DNA of 64,000 nucleotides from Azolla caroliniana (Eukaryota; Plantae; Polypodiophyta), in the NCBI GenBank assembly GCA_043228905.1, contig JBHGNT010000014.1, forward strand, positions 7,688,001 through 7,752,000, in the 5' to 3' direction. Position 1 is the stretch's first letter, and each line of letters opens with the position of its first letter. The notes beneath the pieces are model-generated. The model did no database searches and had not been told where the DNA came from. It worked only from the letters and a program-made list of their open reading frames with translations. Shown piece by piece: positions 1 through 12,739 of this stretch. A program made the position numbers and the translations under genes.

Positions 1-1057
1 CAAGGTGGATGGATCCGGTGAGGATGTTCCTCTTGCTGGAACTCAAAGAGACGGTTATCGCAATGCATAGCTTAGGAAATAACCTCATTCAAAGATGTGG
101 GCTCAGGAAAATTAAGTAAAAGATTTTTTATCTCACCTCATAATCCTCGGCGGAATTGATCGAGGAGGGCTTGTCCGTCCCACTCGACATCGCACGCGAG
201 CTGACGAAATTCGGATGCATAGATTGATGTTGCACGATCGCCTTGTTGTAACGCATATAGTTTGTTGAGTGTGGCTCGTTGTTTGTCGGTCTCCCCAAAA
301 GTTGCCTCAAATTTGGTAAGAAATGCTTGGAAGTCATTCAAGAGGGGCAAACCAAGCTTGTGCTTGTCCTGTCAGCAACGCGCCGATGAGCCCAACTTCT
401 CGAAAGTCATCAGAATAGCGTCGGGGCTGAAGAAGAAGAATAAGGCGGATTTGGTTGATGAAACCTCTTAGCCATGACCTTGTTCCATCGAATTTGTCTG
501 GCAAGCTGACATTGGGTTCTACATCATAAGGGTCAACAATCGGGTGAGGTATAACCGGTGTGGCTGCATGAAGTTCTTGAACAGAGTTTCGCAAGTTCGC
601 ATTTTCATGTTGGAGTTGTTGCACGACCGCCAAAATTTGCTCAAGATTACTAGATGATTCTGACATGATAGTGTATTGAGAAAGAAGGAAAGAAGGAGAT
701 CAATCTGTCACGGATGAACAATTGGGGGTAAAGAGATGGGGAAGTTGATGAGATAGGGAGATCAAGAAGTTGATGACAATGAGTAAAAATATCTATTCCA
801 TGTCTGGTGTTGATCTCCTTGATGTTAACAAGGGAGATCAACCCTTTTTATACATGTAGTGATGCATGATAACCATGCTCATGCCAAGTCTTACATACTA
901 TAATATCAAGCATATACATACTGGGTCTTACATACTGAGTCTTACATTCTAGGTCTTATATACCACTCTTTATACAAAGGTTTGAAGTCTAAAGTTTGTC
1001 TAGGAGAAATATATATACAAGGGCCTAAGGTTCACATTCGAGTTGATGTTCATGACA
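1..1057 (-). mobile_element. Ty3/Gypsy chromovirus-like (Tcn1/Tf1-type) LTR retrotransposon T1, 5' part; runs off the left edge
   Basis: 5' LTR 706-1057 bounded by TGTCA...TGACA. Frameshifted gag 666->1 (LPDKFDGTR..RGFINQ; GQAQAWF; LQQG...YASEFRQLA..VEW..QALLDQFRRGL). Inserted into the RT of Copia A. Confidence 0.85.
693..852 (-). promoter_or_regulatory. Self-priming PBS and TATA box of T1
   Basis: aaggagatcaa (693-703, just inside the LTR edge) is the exact reverse complement of ttgatctcctt (810-820). TATAAAAA on minus at 852-845 lies about 32 nt upstream of 820. Confidence 0.75.
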
Positions 1058-3871
1058 CCGACATCTAGGACTTCACTCGGCCGATTTTATTAAGTCCGGC
1101 TCCAATGATGAGTAAATCATCTACATTTAGCAGGATACAAACTGGACTGTTTGGACTGTTCCGGATGAATAGTGACGAGTCGGAATTTTAGGCCGCAAAC
1201 CCCATCTTACACAGCTGGTACATGATCTTCTCATTCCAAGCTCGGGGGGATTGCTTCAGACAGTAAATCGACTTCTTGAGTTGGCACACTACCGACTTGT
1301 TCATCTCCGATTGGAAACCGGGGGGTTGGATCATATAGACCCATTGTTCAAGGTCACCTTGAAGAAACGCATTCTTCACGTCCATTTGGTGAAGATGCCA
1401 TCCCCTTGCCGCAACAACAACCAGTACCACATGAATTGTCAATCATCTTCGCTACCGGAGCAAAGGTCTCATCGTAGTCAATTCCGTAGGTATGTGCATA
1501 TCCCGTTGCCACTAACTGGGCCTTGTACCGGTTGACCGAACCGTCGGAATTGTACTTCACCTTATATACCCACTTACATTCGATAGGTTTACACTGTCGA
1601 GGAGAGTCAACCAGGTCCCATGTGTTGTTTGCATTAAGTGCCCGCATTTCTTCCTCCATAATAGCACGCCAAATTGCGACTTTTGTTGCTTATGCGTAGC
1701 TCTTCGACTCATGCACTTCTGCCACCTTAGTCATGCATGTATAGTGATGCGTCATGTAGTCATTATACCCGTACCTCTAGACAGGGTTCTTCTGGCTAGT
1801 TGAGCAGCATAACTTGTCATTACCCAATTTGAGGCCCTTCTTGGCCGATTCAGGCTTCCTTTCTGACGATCCGCCTTCTTCCTTTCGGGGGTCATATTCG
1901 CTTCGATCCGACCCTTCACTGCCGGTATCGTATTATGACATCTTCTTCTTCCCCTTCTCTTTGCGTGTGAACCGTCTCCTCGGTTCCTTGCGCGGGGAGA
2001 GCACGACAAAGTTTCCACTACTCACCGGTTCTTCATCCGACAAGTCATCCCGACTCAGCCGCTCATTCTGCCCACTTAGCTGGAATGAGATCAGACTCTC
2101 ATATAGAGTACCAAAGTCTTCATCTTCTACCTAAACCTATTCGGGCTCACTAGCCTCATTTTCAGGAATCGGCTCGGAGTCGGAAGTTGGAGTCGATAGA
2201 GACTACCATGATGCCGATTCATCAAACTCGACATCTCGGCTTACTCAAACCTGTTTAGTGTGGGGGTTATAACATGTATACCCCTTCTTCTCATGCGATT
2301 AATCGACTAAGATGCACTTGTCTGACCTCGGATCCAACTTCCTCCGCTTCTCATTCGGTACATGCACATATGCTATGCTACTGAATATCCAAAGGTGTCT
2401 CAAATTCGGCTTCTACCCGAAATACAGCTCATGTGCTAACACCTTGTCCCCGATCCGGTTTTGGATGTAGACGGCCGTCCGGACCGCCTCAACCTAGTAG
2501 AATTTGGGCATGCTCTTCTCCTCCAACATTGTCCTTGCCGTGTTGACAATTGACGGGTTCTTTCTTTCGGCCACACCGTTTTGTTCTGGTGTATATCGGC
2601 AGCTGAATTCTCTCCGAATTCCTTTTTGCCGCAGATAACAGTTGAATTGGTGGGAAAAGTATTCTTTTTCGCCATCCGAACACATGCACTTTATCTTCCT
2701 CTCAGTTTCCCTTTCAACTAAGCTTTGAAGGTTCCAGAAACAGTCGAAGACTTCAATTTTCTTCTCGATGAGGTAGATCCACGTGTGCCAACTATAGTCG
2801 TCGATGAAGGAGACGGAATACTGACTATCGCCAAGACTAACATTGTTTATGGGTGGGGGTTGGAACCAAGAAGAGCTCCACCCCCCTCCCAAGGGGGTTG
2901 AGCATGAGAGAGAGAGAAAGAGAAAAAGAGAGAGACAAAACAATGTTGAGAGGAAAACTTGTATTATCCTCCCATTCATGCCCAATGGGTGGGGTTATAT
3001 AGGAACATTACATGAGGGTTCCAAATCAAGAACATCCAATGAGGGTTGTAGGTTAGTTACATAACCTTGTAACAACCTACTCACTTTACATATTAATATA
3101 CTCACACTTATGTGCACATTTGCACATACACTTACACATTACTTTTAATACAAAGACTTCACATATCTATCCACGTACCAACACTTATACACTCATACAT
3201 GTATAATCTCACGTATAACACCTATGGCACGCTCGTGGGACAATGCCTTGCACGGGTGAACCCACATGCCTTCAATAAACATGAACATCGGTCCTTGGAC
3301 CAAAACTTACGACTGGAACTCCCTCAGTCTTCTCTTATCACGTTGGTCGAAACTCCATCGACCGGAACACGCGTAACACGAACACAAACTCAACGACATG
3401 AACCTCTCGTTCGGTTGGAACATTCGTGAACATAGAAACTTCAGTACTCTTTTTGTTTTTGGTTTTACAATGATATTGTGTGTGTGTATGTGTGTTTTTC
3501 TTTTATTTTATATGAGTTTTGAGTTTACAAGGACTTTCCTCATATATTTTTTTGAAATTCTTGGTAATGCCCTTCAGGTATTTGAAAATTTGTTTCTTGC
3601 CCTGGTTTTGAAAATTCTTTTGTCTGCCCTCGAGCCTTTGCAATTTCAATAATGCCCTTTGAATTTGTGCCCTTACATTTCTGAATTTTGGTGATGTCCC
3701 CCCATCTTTTCTGTAATTTCTCTCTATGCCCTTTTCTTTTCTCTTTTCCCGATCTCGATCTTTGCTCCTATGCTTGCACCAGATGCTCTTCTTCTTATTC
3801 TTCTGTATCTGTCTCTGTGTCTTCTTTCGGTTCTTGCTTCCTATCTTTTTCGTTTCTAATTTCCTATCTTT

Positions 3872-6800
3872 GAATATTTCCTTCATGTAGTAGTTCCCTA
3901 GTAAATTGTAGCTTCATGGCAATGTGTTTTGTTATCTCAGAATGTTTGAGGTTCTTTGCGAGCATGATGGCTGACATGTTATCACATCGAAGAAGAAGTG
4001 GATGATTGGGGAATATATTCTGCTTCCGGTGATGAGAGTGTGACTCTTTGTTTTCTTTTTCTTTGCTATGAAATGGTGGTAGACGTAGCCTGATGTCGAT
4101 TGTAATGTGTCTTCATCACCCCCCCAATTGGCATCTGAGTAGCAAGTTAAGTATGGTTTTGGTAATGGTATTCTTAAATAAGTGGAGGGCTTCATTAGGG
4201 GACGATGAATTTGTAGGCATAGGGAATAGGAGGGATTTGGTTTTCTGTCCAAGGGGCCAAGGAGGGGCTTTTGGTGTTGTAGGTATGGGAGCATGTAACG
4301 TTGGTGGTGTTGTGGTTATTCTTCAGACAATTAGAGTGGGAGTTTGTGGTGGGTGGGGTGAGTTGTGAGAATTCTTCCCATTCAACTTGAGGGTGTCTTT
4401 TTTTGGAGTAGAGAGTGGAATGGCTGGTGTGGTGGATGGTGGGGTTAATGGAGTTATGGGGTTGCGGCTTGCGAGGTGAAATTTTCGTTGCTCCGGATGA
4501 TACAATCTATATGCTTTGACACCAAATCGGTCACCATGGCCCACGAAGATCATTCGCGTGCTTGTTGGATCCAATTTCTTTCTCAAGTCCAACACTTTCA
4601 CCAGGTATGCTACACATCCAAAGATTCGAAGATGTTGAACATTAGGTGGCTTGCCAAACCAATGAAAATATGGTGTAGTTTTGGGGTCGTTTGCATGCAG
4701 AACTCGATTTTGCACATAGCATGCTGTCACAACCGCCTCTTCCCAATAGGTTTTTGGTAGTTCCACTATAAGGAGCATGGCTCTAGCAGCACCAACAAGG
4801 GTTCGATTCTTCCGTTCAGACACACCATTTTGTTGAGGCGTGTATGGAACCGTGAATTGTTGTTGGATGCCCTCATCTTTACAAAATGCCTCAAATGCAT
4901 TTGAGCCATATTCTCCGCCATTGTCGGAGTGAAGTGCTTGAATTGGAAGCTCATGTTGACGGACCACGAGGTTGCAATACTCTTTGAAGTATGTGAGTAC
5001 TTCAGACTTTTTCTCTAGGAAGTATATTGTTGTATACCTGCTAAAATCATCAATGAAAGTGAGAAAATAATGGGAGCCCGTGAGTGAGCTCGTTTCCATG
5101 GGTCCACAAAGGTCACTATGTACTAGTTGGTTCAATTGTGTGGATTTGTTGGGTGATGTTTGGTGACTTTTGTGGCTAGATTTTCCTAAAATGCAACCTT
5201 CACACAATTCTATTGGGTTTAGATAGGATAGTAACCCGACACAAAGCTTATCTTTCACCATGCGATGTAGTGTGACACTATTTATGTGACCGAACCTATA
5301 ATGCTACATAAGGGTGGACACAACTTTAGCCATGTGAAGACAATGGATGGAGGTGTGACCAATTACAAAGAGAGGATTAGACATAGATATAACTAACGGA
5401 TACAAACGGTCCTTTTGAGGTAGTTTTATAATTTCAAATTGTCCATTAGGGAGCTTGAAGTGAATAATACATGAGTCATGGAAGAACTCCATGGAAGATC
5501 CAATTGAGGTAGCCATTGTGACCAAAAGTATATTCTGGCTAAGGCCTAGGATGTGATACACATTCTAGATGTTGATGTTTGCTCCACTTGGTAGGATGAC
5601 ATGAAGATTCCCGACATCGATGGCTGTGAGGAATTGGTTGTTCCCGAGGTAAACGCACATGGTACTTGAAAGGTGTTTGTAGTCGCGGAGCCAATGCTTT
5701 TGTGGCATCATGTGGTGAGTTGCACCAGTGTCAAGTAGCCATTTAGATATATTTGTGGCGTGGGAAAGACAATTGGAACTATTTAGTAATGATGTAAATA
5801 GTTTTAATGTTTCCATACCATATTGGCCAACTTCGGGCACATTTAGTTGTTGGAGGTGTGCTCTGGGACTTCGTCCATGTGGTTGTTGACATTGTTGTTG
5901 TGGCTGGTCCAATTGTTCATGATCCTTGGTGCGGCACTCATGTTCAAGATGTCCATGGCGTCCACAATATGTACAAACTTTTGTTGAAATGTTGGTAGGT
6001 CGCGTGTTGTTGTTCCTTCGAAAGGGAGGTCCTCTTTTGAAGTTAGGTTGTCGTTGCACATATTGCGTCGAGGGTGTAGAAAATGTTGCATTTGAGTGAT
6101 GAGCGCCATTTCGCATGATCTCTTCTTGGCGGATGCGTGCCATAAGAGATTCGATGGTGAGGCCTGTCATTGATGCTTGAGTGGTTATAAACGGATGCCA
6201 AGAGGAGGGCAATGCTGCTAGTAGTAACATTGCTTGGAGATTAGAATCCAATTGCAGTCCCGAGAGGAGGGCATTGTCGAGTAAGATGTGCCATTCATCA
6301 AGAAATTTGGTGATTTCTTGGTTTTCCGTGATGGAGGAAATGAGGAGCTTTTTGAGCGATGTGACTTGGGTGATAAAATGTTCATGATGATAAGTGCTTC
6401 GGAGTACCTTCCAAATTTCCGCAGAGGTGTTGCAACGTCGAACCATTTGTACTTGTGGGTCTCCAAGGTGGAACAGGAGTTCCGCTTGGGCTTGGAGATC
6501 TTTTGCCGTCCACTCGGTGTTATTGGTTTCGGCAGTGGGTTGGGTTGTGCCACTTACCACGTTCCACAAGTCTACTCATTTGAGCATCAGTGTCATCCGA
6601 GTGGCCCATGTAAGGTAGTTGGGGCCTGTGAGTTTGTCAAGGTTGTAACTTCTCGTAATGGTTGGGACGAGTGAAGTAGCGTCTTGCGTTGTTGAAGAAC
6701 CTGGGCTAGGTGTTGATATGGACAAACCGAGTGACGAGGTAGATGGATTAGTTGTAGAAATAGGTGTGCCATGTGCGTGGTGTGCCATAGTTGTCCGGAT

Positions 6801-6901
6801 CCACTAATGGCAGGAGCACAGGCTATGAAGGAGGAGGAAACACAAGAAGAAGGTGGTTGGAGAGAGCCTAACACTCTGATACCATGTTGAGAAGAGAAGA
6901 G

Positions 6902-6945
<44 letters not shown>

Positions 6946-7107
6946 AACTGTAAATGATTTATTATATTAAAATGCCTTGTTACAACTATAGGTCTAGAGA
7001 CCTATTTATAGGTATATAAGGTGGTTAAAGCCTTTCTTGGTGAATGTCACCGGGAAGGCAGTTATTATATTTATTATTAATATTATTATTTAACTTATAT
7101 TCTAATA
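3872..7107 (-). mobile_element. Ty1/Copia element with RT deleted and no 3' LTR, nested in the 2844-8275 element
   Basis: 5' LTR 6885-7107 with (GA)n and PBS TGGTATCAGAG 6884-6874. gag-protease 6788-5565 (CTYCGRHGHLEHEC, WLLDTGATHHM), integrase 5261-4470 (HSDLCGP, LHSDNGGEY, TPQQNGVSERKNRT), then directly RNase H (YSDANWGGD, CDNMSAI..KN..HSEITKHI). Confidence 0.88.
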
Positions 7108-7640
7108 TCCGACCACTATCCGGCCTTTGCTTGGCCGTTGTTTGGCTGCCACTTGGCCACTGTGGGCAACTATCCGGCCAATTGCCATCACTTGGTCGCT
7201 ATTCAGTCATTATTTGACCGTTGTTCGGCCACCACTAGGCTATAGTCGGTCACTGTCCGGGCAATCACCGTTGCCACTAGGCCGCAGTTTGGCCACTTTC
7301 CGGGCGATGTTCAACCAATCACCACTATTCAGCCACTACTCGGTTGTTCGGCCAATTGCTGCTATTCCGAGACTACTTGACCAATTGCCACCACTTGGCC
7401 GCTATTCGACCGTTGTCGGGCCGCTACTTGGCCAATCACCACTGTTCGGCCAGCACTCGGCCGCTGTCAGCCACTGTCCGGCCAATCGTCACCGCTATTC
7501 AACTGCCATTCAACCACTGTCGGTCACTATCCGGCTAATTGCCACCACTCGGCCCCTATTCAGCCATTGTCTCGCTGTTATTCAGCCAATCGTTGTTGTC
7601 CAACTGTTGACGGCCACTCAGCCAATTACTGTTGTCAGAC
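7108..7640. repeat. Degenerate GC-rich short tandem repeats (ggccact / cggccaatc motifs)
   Basis: Recurring cggcc, ggccact, ccacttggcc and attcagcca words throughout the interval. Confidence 0.6.
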
Positions 7641-10095
7641 TTGGGAGGTTAAGAGAGATGAAGTGCCAAAGCTCTGATTGAGACTCAAACAAAGGGGTGA
7701 GGTTTCATGCCACCCTCAAAGACCCTAACTTGAAAGGCTTGAATTCCATAGAATATCCTAATAAACCCGGAAATGGGATAAAACACAAAGAAACGTTGTC
7801 TTCACAATCCCATCCTCTCTCTCAGACCAAGACCAGAAAAGACATCGAGTGTTGTTGTTGCATGGCAAGAAATGGTCAGTTGTAGGGCGTGCCAACTCTT
7901 GATGGGTGGGGGGTGGGGCCAAGAAGAGATCCACCCCCCTCCCAAGGGGGTTGAGTGTGTGAGAGAGAGAGAAATAGATAAAGAGAGAGACAAAACAATG
8001 TTCACAGGAAAACTTGTATTATCTTCCCATTCATGCCCAATGGGTGGGGTTTTATTGGAACATTACATGAGGGTTCCGAATCAAGAACATCCAATCAGGG
8101 TTGTAGGTTAGTTGCATAACCTTGTAACAACCTATTCACTTTACATATTAATATACTCACACTTATGTGCACATTTGCACATACACTTACACATTACTTT
8201 TAATACAAAGACTTCACATATATATCCACGTACGAACACTTATACACTCATACATGTGTAAGCTCAGAGATAACAAACGTTTTGTGTCGGTCCCCATACA
8301 TCTGAATGGATTAGATCGAGCTTGTTACGGCTCCGGTTTCGTTCAGTGGGAAATGGAAGCCGATGTTGCTTCCGGAGTTGGCAGACTTCACATATTTGGG
8401 CCTTCCGGCCACTAAACTTCGGCAATCCGAACACGACTTGTTTCGGTTGCAAATCTTGAAGCCTCCGGTAGTTGACGTGGCCGATTCGCTTATGCCAGAG
8501 ATCGATGTCCAATTCAATCTTTTGTCTTTTGGCAAACATGGCGGTGCCGACGTCATTTGTGTTGAGGATGAACATCGTCCCTTCTCTGCGCCCTTGCGCT
8601 ATTATCCGGCCTTCTTCCTGGATGAAGCACCCAAGGTGCGTAAACCGCACCTGCATTCCCTGGTCGACGATTTTTCTGATCGACACTAGGTTCTTTGTGA
8701 TTGTCGGAATGTGTAGTATGTTCATCAACTTTCCCTTTGGTCCAACATAGCTTAAAGGGACTTCTTCGACATGCATAATCAGGTGAGGGGCGTCGTCTCC
8801 GGTTTCGATGATTCTCGGTTTTTTCGGTTTCTCCAGAAATGAGAACCACTCTTGGTAGCTCGTCATGTGGTTTGACGCTCCGGAATCAACATATCATACT
8901 TCTGATCCGGAAGTGGTCTTCTTCATCGAGTTCGCCTTGTGCTTCATCACGAAGGCTGGCCCTTTTCCGGTCTTCCCGGTTCCGGATCCTTCTGATCCTT
9001 CTGCGTAGTGCGAGCTTTGTCGGTTTCCCTGTCCGGCCTTGCCATATCCGGATTTATCCGAATCGGCGCTCTTCTTTCAACACTCGCTTTCTCTGTGGCC
9101 TTTCTTGCCATAGTACAAGCATTCCGTGTCGGCCTTTTCTTGCCGATTTCTGGCACTGGCTTGACTCCCCCTGCTTCTGGAGGGTCCGGCACTGCTGTTG
9201 GCACCATCTTTGGGCCTTCAGTTCTGCTCTTGTCAGTCGTCTCGACCCACCTCGTCCTCCACGCTGACAGGGCCAAACCGCCTCCATGTACAACATCTGG
9301 TTGTCTGATTGAGTGGTTCTCAACCCACTGCGTGGTTTTCTTCGACCATCAACATTGATTGTAAGTCGAAGAAGGACGGTGGTTTCTCCCGGGTGCAAAT
9401 TGCGGTCCGGATTGGCTTGTATTGTTGTGCTAGACAACCGAGACAGATCTAAACCATCTCTTCTTCGTCCACCATCACATTGATGGACCCCAACGCGTCA
9501 CAAATCTCCTTTATCTTAGTGGTGTAGTCCATAACCGAAATATCTCTTTGCCGGATGTTGTTCAGCTCCTGTTGAACTTGCAACTTACGGGTTGCGGTAC
9601 TTGTAGCGAAAATCTTCCGAAGATTTTCCCAGCCCTCCTTCGGCATTTTTGCATCCTTGACGTAGCCTAGCATCTGATCATGCACACACGACACGAGGGA
9701 GTACAAAACTCAGCTTGCTCCTTGTTCCCATGCCAGGAAGTCTTTGTGTGTCGGCTCTAGTGCTACCTTGTTAGTTCCTTCCACATAGCTCCAATATCCA
9801 TGCCCCAGCAGGTACTTGTGCATTTTATATGACCAGGATGCATAGTTACTCCGGTCGAGCTTTTCTATCAGAAGTGAACTTGCCATTCCTCTGTCCATCT
9901 TAGGTTCTCTTCTGTTCTTCACTAGGTGTTAGGGTTTGTCTTCACTAGTCGCTTGTCGGCTACAGAGGTTCTCAACCCTCGCTCTGATACCATGTGAAAG
10001 TTAGCGTGCGGAAGCGTATGCCAAATCGGCTCTGCCGGATAGTAACAGTAAAGAGAAGAAGGTTTAATGGAAGCTTAACATAGAGAATAAGCATA

Positions 10096-10142
<47 letters not shown>

Positions 10143-12191
10143 AAAACATAAACACAACTCAATTCAAAATAATACTCTCAATATTGTGTACATAGAATGT
10201 GCTCAAAGACCACTTTTATACAAGTCCATAAAGGACTGACAGAAGTACTAACAGGTACTTCAATGCTCATACGAGCGACTGTCACTAACTCCCAAAAATA
10301 TTCCTACGTACTAGGCTGGATCCGTAGGCCTCTAACTACCTACCGGTTTCAATCCAATCCGGGTCTCTGATCCTGCTCCTGGTTCCGTATATCATCCGAA
10401 CACTGATCTGGTTCCCCGTTCCGGATACCAATTCGGCTCTGGCTTATTTAGGCGATCCGGATCCGGTTGAGCTTGCTCGCTCAACAGGACTATCAGACAC
10501 ACCTACAGAAATAGACTCGGGTTTAGTACTATTAGTACTAGCAGTTAATATTTGATTTACCTGCCTTCTTGGCCGATGGGGATAGTTCACTACAATATGC
10601 CCCGGTCCACTGCAATAAAGACATAATCGATTTGCCCAACGTCGCTACTTTTCTTCTTCTGATAGTGGTCCGCGACGATGTGTGGTGTCGATTTCCATTG
10701 GATTCAGAGTATTTGTTGGAGACATAATAAATGAATCCCTTGGGAATGTCTTTGCTACAATTGAAGCGTAGGTGGGCTTTGATCTTGCCCTCCACATTTG
10801 AAACTTACGTTCCGAACGTCGTTCGAAGAGGCGGTTATCGCATTGTACTGCGCGACTATTTGCTTCTGTCAATGACTTTGGTTCTTCGAGGAAGGTCAAG
10901 AGTAAATCCATGGCATTGTTATGTAGGCCATAACGAAATTGCTCCATTAATGCTTAGTCATCCCTGGGGATATCAGAGTCGAGTAGACGGAAATCTACAG
11001 TGTATGCGGAGGCTGGACTATCACCTTGACGTTGTCGCATTATTACGCGTGTGCGTGTAGAAGGGCGGGACCACGGGGGTCTCGGACGAGGGAGAAAAGG
11101 GATGCCAAGAAAACCGACTCCAAACACGACACGGGGGCAACCGAACACGAGAGAGAGTGAGTATGCGCGCGACACCGACTCTTATGCACAGGAAACAAAA
11201 AGGGCTATACACCCGACACCACTAGAAACACCAATATGCACAAACAGATGTAAGTGTATATATTACAAAGGGGAAAGATCCAACCCCGGCTTCGAGCCGG
11301 GTACGCTCAAAAGAAGAGAAGTTAGTCCTAACAGCTTCGTCGCCATGGTTGCCGCGCCCGACTTCTCAAGAAGGAGAAGAAGAAGAAGTTACTAACCCTA
11401 GGAAATAGAATGACCCTCGACAAAATTGGTATACCCTCACGACTCAAAATGGGCACCCCTTCACAAGTGACCCCTCCCTTCCTTTTATAGCCCAAGGAGG
11501 GAGGGACATTACAATGTGAGATAAATACCCCCCCCTTTATTCTATACACCGTTTCCGTACTATACATGTGCACATGTTGCACACCACCGACTTGGCCATT
11601 CCACCCCGGTTTCACACTATAGTCGGAAATCTTCACGACATCCACCCCCACCAAAACTGCACATCCACCGATATGTGCCAAGAAAGGAAAAGGGTGAGAG
11701 ATTTCGGCGACGGTGATCAACCGGATCCTCCACCTTACCGGCACCCGACCGTCTCATCGGCTCCTTACCGGCCCCGATCCGTCGACTTCTGGACCGTGCC
11801 TGTCCTCCTTTCGAGAACTCGCCTCCACAGCCATCCTTGTTGACCTTGCTCGACTTCGTCTTCCACTTCGAGCATGCCCGTCCCTTCCACACAAATCGTC
11901 GTAGCCTCCCAATCCGTCGTGCGTCCCCGAACCGTCGGCTCCATCTGACTCGCCATATCCGACATTCATGCCTTCCTCCCCGATCAGTCCTCTCGGACCT
12001 CGTTGCCAATCCGATCACCCCTCCTTTGTCCATCGCGCATGTCCTCCGATCGGGTCCCCGGTCACTTCAATCGCACGCCGGATTCCGTGTACCGCGTGTG
12101 CTCCATCTCCAGCTCAACATTCTCCTCACCCCGAACACCTCGTACCAACTCCCTTTGTTCCGCGTTCACCTCCTGTAGGCTCTTTCCGGGT

Positions 12192-12566
12192 GGTATCGGT
12201 GGTACCAATTCCGAGGGTTCTCATGAAGAGATACAAGAATTTGGAATCAACCAACATCTTTTTTCAAATTGGCTGATACCTCCGGTATCTACCTCAATTC
12301 TTTCTAATATTGTGGTGAAACGAGGGAAGGAGAAGCAAATAGTGCCTTCACTACTAAAACAACAAATAAAAAAAGATGAGGTGGGTTTAACAAACATTAA
12401 GGTTGAGCTAAGTAATTTCTTGGATCAAAATGATATTCTTGCTATTTATGAAAATTACAAATATCAAACTTCCCTTTCGGGAATAATCAAATATGGTACT
12501 GTAAGGGTTGAAGCCAATAGCATAAACATATTTGTTTCCAATGGCGGGAAAGAAAGAAAGAAAGGC
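12192..12566 (+). pseudogene. rpoC2: Nuclear plastid DNA fragment (NUPT), internal piece of RNA polymerase beta'' gene, inside element B
   Basis: AT-rich island in a GC-rich context with an open frame ...LDQNDILAIYENYKYQTSLSGIIKYGTVRVE..., resembling the plastid RpoC2 motif ILAYFDDPRY....SGIIKYGT. Flanked by a tccgggt direct repeat. Confidence 0.72.
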
Positions 12567-12739
12567 TCCGGGTACTCGTTGTTCCTCTCCGAGTACACGC
12601 TCGTTCTTTGGCCCTTAGCTGACCCGATTACACGCTCCATGTTTTTCCCTTTTTCTCTCGCTTGTCGTGCTCTCTAGTGGTAGAGCGCACCTCCATCCCA
12701 ACCTCCGTCTCGGTGTCCTTCGTGTCGTTCCCGGTTGCC

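Larger units (their letters stand above)
2844..8275 (-). mobile_element. Non-coding (LARD-like) LTR element with tRNA-Arg-type PBS, inserted in the Copia A integrase
   Basis: Related LTRs at 2844-3220 and 7897-8275; TSD aacat (2839-43)/aacgt (8276-80); the host frame GPTQNV|NVSLG rejoins across it. PBS TGGCACGCCC on minus at 7894-7885. Its own internal DNA (3221-3870, 7108-7884) has no retroelement domains. Confidence 0.8.
1058..10486 (-). mobile_element. Ty1/Copia LTR retrotransposon A (degenerate), interrupted by 2844-8275 and by T1
   Basis: 5' LTR 9993-10486 (TG...CA) and PBS tRNA-iMet TGGTATCAGAGC 9992-9981. gag 9922-8900, protease/GAG-pre-integrase 8866-8280 (LWHKRIGHVN, HSDVWGP), integrase 2843-2300 (SFIDD, YTPEQNGVAERKN), RT 1659-1060 (KWVYKVK, QMDVKNAFLQGDL). 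Many stops and frameshifts. Confidence 0.9.

Noticed and set aside
11281-11305. ccggcttcgagccgg hairpin in the B LTR as a tRNA remnant
   Set aside because: No matching A box or spacing; only a short hairpin.
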